A model generated the notes under the pieces. The model had not been told where the DNA came from and made no database searches. It saw nothing but the letters and a program-made list of their open reading frames with translations. A program made the position numbers and the translations under genes. Shown here piece after piece: positions 1 to 5,722 of a stretch of DNA of 39,264 nucleotides. Each line of letters begins with the position of its first letter. The stretch's first letter is position 1. Source of the stretch: Syntrophaceae bacterium UBA3084 (GTDB lineage Bacteria > Desulfobacterota > Syntrophia > Syntrophales > UBA6807); NCBI GenBank assembly GCA_002367335.1, contig DFBI01000047.1, positions 1 to 39,264 of the forward strand, given 5' to 3'.

Positions 1-206
1 CCTTATACTTTTTGGATGTACAATTCGGACATTTCTTTGAAAGAATGCTCATATAATCTACCTCTCAAAATTATAGGTGAAATAGGGTAGATTACATATA
101 ATCCATCATGTCAATATTGTCTACTGTTAATAAATCTTAATTAATATTAGCGGGTTACTCTCTATATCAAACTGAACCAGTACCCACGCAAAGGCGATAA
201 AGGGAA

Positions 207-244
207 ATTCAACCGGGGCCTTTTTCTTTTCTATTTCACCGGGG
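207..244. repeat. Two orphan copies of the 12-nt motif ATTYMACCGGGG (207-218 ATTCAACCGGGG; 233-244 ATTTCACCGGGG)
   Basis: The same 12-mers form the 3' arms of the nested hairpin elements at 5604-5652 and 5678-5722. No complementary 5' arm is visible upstream here, so these look like half elements. Confidence 0.6.
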
Positions 245-248
245 TGAC

Positions 249-309
249 CTCTGTCTTCTCTCTTCCCTCTTTTCCTTCCCCTTAATCCGTGTAATCTGCG
301 TAATCTGCG
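249..309. repeat. Degenerate polypyrimidine heptads (about 249-283) followed by 3 x 9-mer TAATCYGYG (283-309)
   Basis: Read directly: ctctgtc ttctctc ttccctc ttttcct tcccctt, then taatccgtg taatctgcg taatctgcg. Lies just downstream of the sqdB-like stop codon. Confidence 0.5.
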
Positions 310-328
310 GATCGTTTTTGGCAGCAAA

Positions 329-1567
329 TCATCCCCATTTAATTCCCTTGAAAATCACATCCCTCCGAATGTTTCCCTTAAACCTCTCAACCACCCGCAT
401 CATCCCTTCCAACACCTCATCCGTCAAATAATGCGGCTTCACTCCAAGCCCAATCAATCCCTGATAAGTAGGATTATAATAATGTTCTTCTGCCTCTTTT
501 CTTGGATTTTCCAAGTGGTCTATCTTTACCTGATATCCCAGCTTCCTTCCAACATCCTGCACCTTTTCAGCAAGTTCATTGGCACTGAAGGTCTCCATGA
601 TCTGGTTGAAAATACGGAGTTGTCCTTTCTTTGCAGGGGTCTCCGCAGCCTTATGCACGCACTGCAGGGTGTCATTGATATTCAAATACCCCCGGGTTTG
701 ACCTCCTTTTCCATAAACTGTCAACGGGTATCCCACAATGGCCTGAACAATGAAACGGTTTAAAATGGTTCCAAAAATCTCATCGTAATTAAATATCGTC
801 CTCAATTCATGGCTGTCGGCTCTTCCTGCTGTCCGACCTCTGACCTCCGACCTCTGACCACTGATCTCCGACTCATCGGTCTCCAACCCATAAACAGGTC
901 CCTGCATCAGGTCCGTAATCCGCAGATCCCACATGCGCACCCCAAACCACATCAGGTCTGTATCCATGATCTTCGTGGTATGGTAAAGGGAACTTGCCTG
1001 CCTCGGGAAAAGAAAGCGATCTTTCCTTCCTTTATGCTCAATATCAAGCCACCCTTCCTCAATATCAATATTAGGGGTTCCATACTCCCCCATGGTCCCC
1101 ACATGAATCACATGGGTATCTCGTGAGAAATCCCGGAGGGCGAACATCAGGTTATTGGTCACTAAAAGATTGTTCTGGAGCGTGATATTTGCGTATTTAT
1201 AATTGATCAGAGAGTAGGGCGCCGAAGGCTGTTCTGCATAGTGGATAACAGTCTCAGGAATACCGGAAAACTTATGATTGATAGACCATGAGTATTCAAA
1301 ATCGCCCTTGAATAGCGACCTCATTATTTCCGGGTCAGTCAGATCCCCAATCACCACCTTAATCTCTTTTCCCGTCAGTTCATTCCAAATCTTGGCCCGC
1401 TGAATCAAAGAGGGAACAGGATATAGCATTCCCACATCCAATTCCGTGCAGGCATTCCGACGGAAATAGTTGTCCACAACGGTTACATCGTAACCGCGCT
1501 TGGAAAAATACATGGCGGTTGGCCAACCAAGATATCCGTCACCGCCGAGAATCAGAATATGGCTCAC
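329..1567 (-). CDS. sqdB: UDP-sulfoquinovose synthase-like NAD-dependent epimerase/dehydratase (SQD1/SqdB family)
   Basis: 412-aa ORF with a GTG start preceded by AGGGGGG and a GGDGYLGW Rossmann N-terminus. Colinear with SQD1/SqdB as I remember the family (PVYG..TDE, FGT.LNRF.VQA.VG.PLTVYGKGGQTRGYL, NPR.EAEEHYYN blocks). Confidence 0.8.
   Translation of the reverse strand: MSHILILGGDGYLGWPTAMYFSKRGYDVTVVDNYFRRNACTELDVGMLYPVPSLIQRAKIWNELTGKEIKVVIGDLTDPEIMRSLFKGDFEYSWSINHKFSGIPETVIHYAEQPSAPYSLINYKYANITLQNNLLVTNNLMFALRDFSRDTHVIHVGTMGEYGTPNIDIEEGWLDIEHKGRKDRFLFPRQASSLYHTTKIMDTDLMWFGVRMWDLRITDLMQGPVYGLETDESEISGQRSEVRGRTAGRADSHELRTIFNYDEIFGTILNRFIVQAIVGYPLTVYGKGGQTRGYLNINDTLQCVHKAAETPAKKGQLRIFNQIMETFSANELAEKVQDVGRKLGYQVKIDHLENPRKEAEEHYYNPTYQGLIGLGVKPHYLTDEVLEGMMRVVERFKGNIRRDVIFKGIKWG
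812..865. repeat. Heptad-type repeat tract embedded in frame inside the sqdB-like CDS (encodes ISGQRSEVRGRTAGRADS)
   Basis: The + strand reads ...ctgtccg acctctg acctccg acctctg accactg atctccg..., the same CYGAYCT-type units as the 5723-6105 array. It corresponds to 18 extra residues between the conserved TDE and HE(E)LR positions of SQD1-like proteins. Confidence 0.65.
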
Positions 1568-1584
1568 TTCGTTCCCCCCTTTTC

Positions 1585-1829
1585 CAGATGACAGTGTCCG
1601 GATGACAGTTTTCAGATGACGGATGACAGACTACAGATGACAGACTACAGACTACAGATGACAGACGGCAGATGACAGATGACAGAAAGCAGACTACAGA
1701 TGACAGACTACAGACTACAGATGACAGACTACAGATGACAGACGGCAGATGACAGATGACAGATGACAGAAAGCAGACTAGAGATGACAGACTATAGATG
1801 ACAGACGGCAGATGATAGATGACAGAAAG
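1585..1829. repeat. Tandem heptanucleotide array, 35 units CAGANNN (CAGATGA, CAGACTA, CAGACGG, CAGAAAG)
   Basis: 245 nt in one unbroken 7-nt register. There is a higher-order 8-12-unit pattern, each block ending in CAGAAAG. It fills the leader between the four-helix-bundle stop (1832) and the sqdB-like start (1567). Confidence 0.95.
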
Positions 1830-1831
1830 CA

Positions 1832-2236
1832 TCAAGTGCTTCGGATAGAACCGTTATGGCGTTTGCAAAAGGATTCGGGATTTGCCATCATTTTGCCCAA
1901 CATTCGACCTATTTGCATGCATTTATTCATCAGATGGTTATGATCGTCGGCAGAAACGTACTTGCATGCCAAGGCTGTATCGAGCCAGTGCTGCGTCTCG
2001 GCTTGCTCGCCATCTGAATCTGAAAGTTTGCTGACAAAATGTGCTTGGTAGCGGCGTTTATGCCAGGCTTCGGCCAAATTAGCCCCGATAGAACGTGAAG
2101 ATCTCCGAATCTGATCCGTAAGAGAGAAAAGCTCTTCTTTCGAAAAACCCTTGGTCATTTCAAAAATCTCTTGCTGCAACGAAAATGCAGCCTGGTAAAC
2201 CTTCAAATCTCTAAAACTGCGAATCTTATCACCCAT
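1832..2236 (-). CDS. Four-helix-bundle protein (23S rRNA intervening-sequence protein family)
   Basis: The track ORF is 210 aa, but residues 1-76 are translated heptad array. ATG at 2234-2236 (M77) gives 134 aa with the family pattern F.DL.VYQ.A ... LTDQIRRSSRSIGANLAEA. Confidence 0.8.
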   Translation of the reverse strand: MGDKIRSFRDLKVYQAAFSLQQEIFEMTKGFSKEELFSLTDQIRRSSRSIGANLAEAWHKRRYQAHFVSKLSDSDGEQAETQHWLDTALACKYVSADDHNHLMNKCMQIGRMLGKMMANPESFCKRHNGSIRST

Positions 2237-2238
2237 GA

Positions 2239-2427
2239 CTGTCTTCCGTCCTCCGTCTTCCGCCCTCCGTCTTCCGTCCTCCGTCCTCTGTCTTCCGTCC
2301 TCCGTCCTCCGTCTTCTGTCTTCCGTCCTCCGTCTTCCGCCCTCCGTCTTCCGTCCTCCGTCCTCTGTCTTCCGTCCTCCGTCCTCCGTCTTCTGTATTC
2401 CGTCCTCCGTCCTCCGTCCTCCGCTCT
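2239..2427. repeat. Tandem heptanucleotide array, 27 units CYGTCYT (CCGTCCT, CCGTCTT, CTGTCTT, CCGCCCT)
   Basis: Strict 7-nt register starting 3 nt upstream of the four-helix-bundle ATG. Units 1-11 (2239-2315) are repeated perfectly as units 12-22 (2316-2392). The last unit contributes the stop codon of the CapD-like gene. Confidence 0.95.
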
Positions 2428-3503
2428 CACTCCGGCCAATACCTTTCAGCCGGATGCTCTTCAACCCGTTGCTGCAATAAGTTGTTTTCTCTCAAAAAGA
2501 GTTTCAATTCTGCCTTGCTCATGAAAGGTCCTTCTTCTGAAACATACGGCCGATTAACCGTTGAAGATAAGATATCCGGATAATCATAATCTATGTTTCG
2601 GTAAATCCCGCGAAAAGCAGGAAGGACAACAAAGTACTTTTTCAGCTCCATGGCCCGTCGCGTCTCTTCCTGGCTCATCAATTCCTCATAGAGTTTTTCC
2701 CCTGATTTCCTCCCCATCCCCACAACCTCAATATCTTCCGGTTTATGACCATAGATCGGAGCCAACTCTTCAACCATTACCATGGCCAGATCCGCAATCC
2801 TGATTATCGGCATCTTGGTAACAAAGACTTCACCACCGCGTGCCAGCTCAGCAGAATTGATCACCAGCTCCACCGCCTGCTCAATACTCATGATAAAGCG
2901 TGTCATATCCCTTTCCGTCAGCGTAAGCGGCCCACCTTTTTTTATCTGCTGTTGAAAAATAGGAATAACCGAGCCGCGCGATCCGAGAACATTGCCAAAA
3001 CGGGTTGATATAAAGATCAGCCCTTCACCTTTAAAGTTTGCATTGGCAGCGGTCATAAGTCGTTCGCCCATTAATTTTGATGTACCCATTACATTGGTCG
3101 GATTAACAGCCTTGTCCGAGCTTGTAAATATGACTCTCTCCACATTGTTTTCACAGGCGGCATAGATAATATTCTGAACACCGACAATATTGGTCCGCAC
3201 CGCCTCAAAAGGGGAACGCTCACACAGGATAACATGCTTAAACGCCGCGCAATGAAAAACAATGTCTACCCCTTTCATTTTGCGGCAAAGCTTATCCCTG
3301 TCGCGCACGTCAGCAAGAAAAAAACTGGCCTGCTTGTAATCTGAAAACCTCTGTTCCAAAAAGAAAAGTTCACTCTCATTATTATCAAGAGCTATCAATT
3401 CGGCTGGCTGACAATGCATCAATAACTGGTGCACCAGCTCTCGTCCCACAGTACCACATGCCCCTGTAACAAGTATCCGCTTGTCAGCAAAAAAATCTCT
3501 CAT
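2427..3503 (-). CDS. CapD/PseB/FlaA1-type polysaccharide biosynthesis protein (UDP-GlcNAc 4,6-dehydratase family, short soluble form)
   Basis: 358 aa with a TGACGTVG Rossmann motif and family-typical blocks (VFHCAAFKHV, FTSSDKAVNPTNVMGTSK, RFGNVLGSRGSVIP). Confidence 0.8.
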   Translation of the reverse strand: MRDFFADKRILVTGACGTVGRELVHQLLMHCQPAELIALDNNESELFFLEQRFSDYKQASFFLADVRDRDKLCRKMKGVDIVFHCAAFKHVILCERSPFEAVRTNIVGVQNIIYAACENNVERVIFTSSDKAVNPTNVMGTSKLMGERLMTAANANFKGEGLIFISTRFGNVLGSRGSVIPIFQQQIKKGGPLTLTERDMTRFIMSIEQAVELVINSAELARGGEVFVTKMPIIRIADLAMVMVEELAPIYGHKPEDIEVVGMGRKSGEKLYEELMSQEETRRAMELKKYFVVLPAFRGIYRNIDYDYPDILSSTVNRPYVSEEGPFMSKAELKLFLRENNLLQQRVEEHPAERYWPE

Positions 3504-3534
3504 TTTTATTTTTTATCCTTTGCTCTTGTCTCCC

Positions 3535-3604
3535 TGCCATCTGCGCTATGCCCCATGCGCTCTGCTCTATACTCTCTGCGCTATGCGCTACGCGTTCTGC
3601 GCTA
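3535..3604. repeat. Tandem heptanucleotide array, 10 units TGCGCTA-type
   Basis: tgccatc tgcgcta tgcccca tgcgctc tgctcta tactctc tgcgcta tgcgcta cgcgttc tgcgcta. Spans the gap between two CDSs and encodes the last residues (LAQNA) and stop codon of the epimerase. Confidence 0.9.
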
Positions 3605-4688
3605 AGAACCACAAAAACGTCTCCTCCAGTCCCTCTTCCAGCCCCCACTTCGGCTCAAACCCCAACATCCTCCTCGCCTTGGAAATATCGGAATAGTTCC
3701 GTTTCACCTCACCCTTCCGTTCGTTCTCATAGACGATCTCGCTTTTTCTCCCCTGATGTTTTTCCGCCAGCCGATTCAAAACCTCTGCCACCTCTCCAAC
3801 CGTATGCTCCCGATGAGTAGCGGTCTGAAATACCTCCCCTCCAATATTCGGCCTTTCCAGGGCCAGCAAAATAGCATCCACCAGATCTTCAATGTAGATA
3901 AAATCCCTTGTCTGGTTCCCGTCACCATAAATGGGCAGCGTCTCCCCAGCCATAATATGCCTGATAAACTTGGCCACCACACTGCCCTTATGGCTCGACC
4001 TCGGCCCATACACGTTCCCAAAACGCAACGCCACAGTCTCAAGACCAAACGACCCGTAGTAAGCCGAGCAATAAGCCTCCCCGCAAAGTTTACTCGCCCC
4101 GTATGGAGATATCGGCCGCGGGACCATCTCCTCATGGATGGGTGGTTCCTGTTCGCCAAGAGGCGCACCCGAAGACGCAAACACAAACCGCTTCGCACCA
4201 TTCTTTCGTGCTGCCTCCAAGAAGTTCACCGTCCCAATGACATTGGCCATGCAGTCTGCCATAGGGTCTTCAATGGACGGCATCACACCTGTATTTGCCG
4301 CAAGATGCACTACAGCATCCATACCACGACAGGCCTTGACCGCCAGGTCCTCATCCCGTATATCTCCCACCACCAGTTCAACTTCAGATGACCGAGGACC
4401 GTGGACAGAAGACGGATCTGCTTTTCTTATTGAATTTTTCGTGGATTGATCTGGTTCTTGTTTATTTGTACATCGGAATTTTGAATTTGTTTCGAGATTC
4501 GGGTTTCGGATTTCGGGTTTGACAGTCTGATCCACTTCACTGAATGTACAGACAGCAGCCAGATCCTCCCTTTTCCCCACCGTGAGATTGTCTATTACTC
4601 TTATTCGGTGTCCATCACCCACATCCATGAGCCGTCTTATGAGGTTAACACCAATAAATCCGCATCCCCCTGTAACCAAAATGTTCAA
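3588..4688 (-). CDS. NAD-dependent epimerase/dehydratase (extended SDR, UDP-hexose 4-epimerase-like) carrying a roughly 48-aa insert
   Basis: 366 aa with a TTG start 9 nt after GGAGG, a GGCGFIG Rossmann motif and the SPYGASK catalytic YxxxK. An insert lies between VIDNL...REDL and VVGDIRD. Confidence 0.8.
   Translation of the reverse strand: MNILVTGGCGFIGVNLIRRLMDVGDGHRIRVIDNLTVGKREDLAAVCTFSEVDQTVKPEIRNPNLETNSKFRCTNKQEPDQSTKNSIRKADPSSVHGPRSSEVELVVGDIRDEDLAVKACRGMDAVVHLAANTGVMPSIEDPMADCMANVIGTVNFLEAARKNGAKRFVFASSGAPLGEQEPPIHEEMVPRPISPYGASKLCGEAYCSAYYGSFGLETVALRFGNVYGPRSSHKGSVVAKFIRHIMAGETLPIYGDGNQTRDFIYIEDLVDAILLALERPNIGGEVFQTATHREHTVGEVAEVLNRLAEKHQGRKSEIVYENERKGEVKRNYSDISKARRMLGFEPKWGLEEGLEETFLWFLAQNA
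4390..4525. repeat. Two heptad tracts inside the epimerase CDS: GACNGNN x4 (4390-4417) and ATTTTGA/TTCGGRT-type (about 4476-4525)
   Basis: gaccgag gaccgtg gacagaa gacggat ... ttcgaga ttcgggt ttcggat ttcgggt ttgacag, separated by an AT-rich spacer. Together they encode the extra loop of the enzyme. Confidence 0.7.
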
Positions 4689-4706
4689 AATGTGAATTAC
4701 CTCCTG

Positions 4707-4748
4707 TAACTATTAACTGATAACCAATAACGATTAACCAATAACCAA
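4707..4748. repeat. Tandem heptanucleotide array, 6 units TAACNNN (TAACTAT TAACTGA TAACCAA TAACGAT TAACCAA TAACCAA)
   Basis: Read directly. Lies immediately upstream of the epimerase RBS and includes one exact TAACTGA unit. Confidence 0.9.
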
Positions 4749-4753
4749 CAACT

Positions 4754-4866
4754 TCACTCCCCCGGCCTAAACAACACCGTCTGCACTGTCTTCAGCAAAA
4801 TAAACAAATCCAAAAAAATAGACTGATTCTGTATATAGAACAATTCATATTCCAGCTTCTCAAAAA
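4754..4866 (-). pseudogene. 3'-terminal remnant (about 37 codons plus stop) of a bacterial sugar transferase / PGT gene
   Basis: The minus-strand translation FEKLEYELFYIQNQSIFLDLFILLKTVQTVLFRPGE* aligns with the C-terminus of the intact PGT (FEKLQYDLYYVQNQSILFDLFIILKTVQTVIFRPGV*). There is no upstream body. Confidence 0.85.
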
Positions 4867-4868
4867 GC

Positions 4869-5111
4869 CTACCTACTGCTTGCATTCAAAATCGTTATTC
4901 CTACAATTTTATCATCATCTGTTCTAATTAACACATCGTCATCCATCTCAACGGTCTTCTTTGCTCTTTGTGGCCTTCGAAAACTCAGATACAGAACATC
5001 CGCCTCTTTATCGTAGTCAACCCAAATATGCTTGACCGAAAGCCTTGCCAATTCTGATGATAGCCCTAAGCAAGAATCGATCATTTCCTTATTTACTGAC
5101 TGCATCGCCAT
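4869..5111 (-). CDS. DUF2283-family small protein (putative antitoxin-like partner)
   Basis: 80 aa with the core VDYDKEADVLYLSF typical of DUF2283. Overlaps the upstream small ORF by 19 nt. Confidence 0.6.
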   Translation of the reverse strand: MAMQSVNKEMIDSCLGLSSELARLSVKHIWVDYDKEADVLYLSFRRPQRAKKTVEMDDDVLIRTDDDKIVGITILNASSR

Positions 5112-5395
5112 ATTGGCACCCCCTTTGGTTTTTTATCCAGAAAATAGGCTGTGATGACAAAGCCATCTTTTTTTGAAATTTCTCTGTAAACGACTACCAG
5201 CCATTTATCTCTCCCTATATTCCTCGTCGCCTTCAGACTACCCTTATTGCCTCTGATTATGAATTCCGGGTTTTCAACCACTTCCATGACTTCGAAATAG
5301 TAGCTGGCTAAGTCATCGTGGTTTTCAGTAATATGGAACCATCTTTCATACGTTAAACGTATCGGTACACCATTAACAGAATAGGCTATCTCCAT
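5093..5395 (-). CDS. DUF4258-like small protein (putative toxin-like partner)
   Basis: About 100 aa from ATG 5395 (the track starts at TTG 5413). The pattern H.TE.H...ENP.F......VVVY......VITAYF resembles DUF4258 proteins, which commonly pair with DUF2283. Confidence 0.45.
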   Translation of the reverse strand: MEIAYSVNGVPIRLTYERWFHITENHDDLASYYFEVMEVVENPEFIIRGNKGSLKATRNIGRDKWLVVVYREISKKDGFVITAYFLDKKPKGVPIWRCSQ

Positions 5396-5444
5396 ATTAA
5401 GTTCTCTTCCCAACTTCTCATCTCATCCTCTTCTTTTCCCACCT

Positions 5445-5499
5445 TCCCTGTCTCGTTGAATTCCGCTTTGCGGACGTCCGAAGGGCTATTCAACTGGGA
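5445..5499. repeat. Nested hairpin element, copy 1
   Basis: Outer stem TCTC-GTTGAAT (5451-5461) pairs with ATTCAAC-t-GGGA (5488-5499). Inner hairpins are TCCGC-ttt-GCGGA (5462-5474) and GTCC-gaa-GGGC (5476-5486). Confidence 0.7.
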
Positions 5500-5505
5500 T
5501 CACGT

Positions 5506-5526
5506 TCTGTCCTCTGTCCTCTATTT
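5506..5526. repeat. Short heptad tract TCTGTCC TCTGTCC TCTATTT
   Basis: Read directly. Follows hairpin copy 1. Confidence 0.6.
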
Positions 5527-5540
5527 CTTTTGTTTTTCAT

Positions 5541-5575
5541 TCGACGTTGGACGTTCGACGTTCGATGTTGGACGT
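5541..5575. repeat. Tandem heptanucleotide array, 5 units TYGAYGT (TCGACGT TGGACGT TCGACGT TCGATGT TGGACGT)
   Basis: Read directly, in strict 7-nt register. Confidence 0.9.
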
Positions 5576-5603
5576 TCATCCTTTTTCTTTCCGTCCTCCT
5601 TGT

Positions 5604-5652
5604 CCCGTTGAATTGCTCCGCCAGGAGCACCCCGAAGGGGATTCAACCGGGG
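5604..5652. repeat. Nested hairpin element, copy 2
   Basis: Outer stem CCC-GTTGAAT (5604-5613) pairs with ATTCAAC-c-GGG(G) (5641-5652). Inner hairpins are TGCTCC-gcca-GGAGCA (5614-5629) and CCCC-gaa-GGGG (5630-5640). Confidence 0.75.
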
Positions 5653-5677
5653 TGTCCTCCGCCCTCTGCCCTCCTTG

Positions 5678-5722
5678 CCCCGTGAAATTCACGAAGTGAC
5701 AGCGTAGTGCATTTCACCGGGG
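5678..5722. repeat. Nested hairpin element, copy 3
   Basis: Outer stem CCCC-GTGAAAT (5678-5688) pairs with ATTTCAC-c-GGGG (5711-5722), with two compensatory changes relative to copies 1 and 2. Inner hairpin is TCAC-gaa-GTGA (5689-5699). Confidence 0.75.

Noticed and set aside
1-52. Possible 5' end of a minus-strand gene running off the left edge (MSILSKKCPNCTSKKYK..., zinc-ribbon-like CxxC)
   Set aside because: Only 17 codons are visible, which is too short to support a call.
127-327. 66-aa minus-strand ORF downstream of the sqdB-like gene
   Set aside because: It is basic low-complexity sequence derived from the pyrimidine heptads, the 9-mers and the hairpin half-sites. It has no recognisable family.
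1539-1835. 98-aa minus-strand ORF (SVICHLPSVICSLSSVVC...)
   Set aside because: It is entirely the translation of the CAGANNN heptad array. It has a 7-residue periodic low-complexity sequence and no start context, and it overlaps the sqdB-like start.
1832-2464. Long 210-aa form of the four-helix-bundle ORF with a 76-residue RTEDGG-repeat N-terminus
   Set aside because: The extension is array B read in one of its stop-free frames. The family-typical protein begins at M77 (ATG 2236). The ORFs at 2171-2524, 2235-2480 (+) and 2203-2439 (-) are the same artefact.
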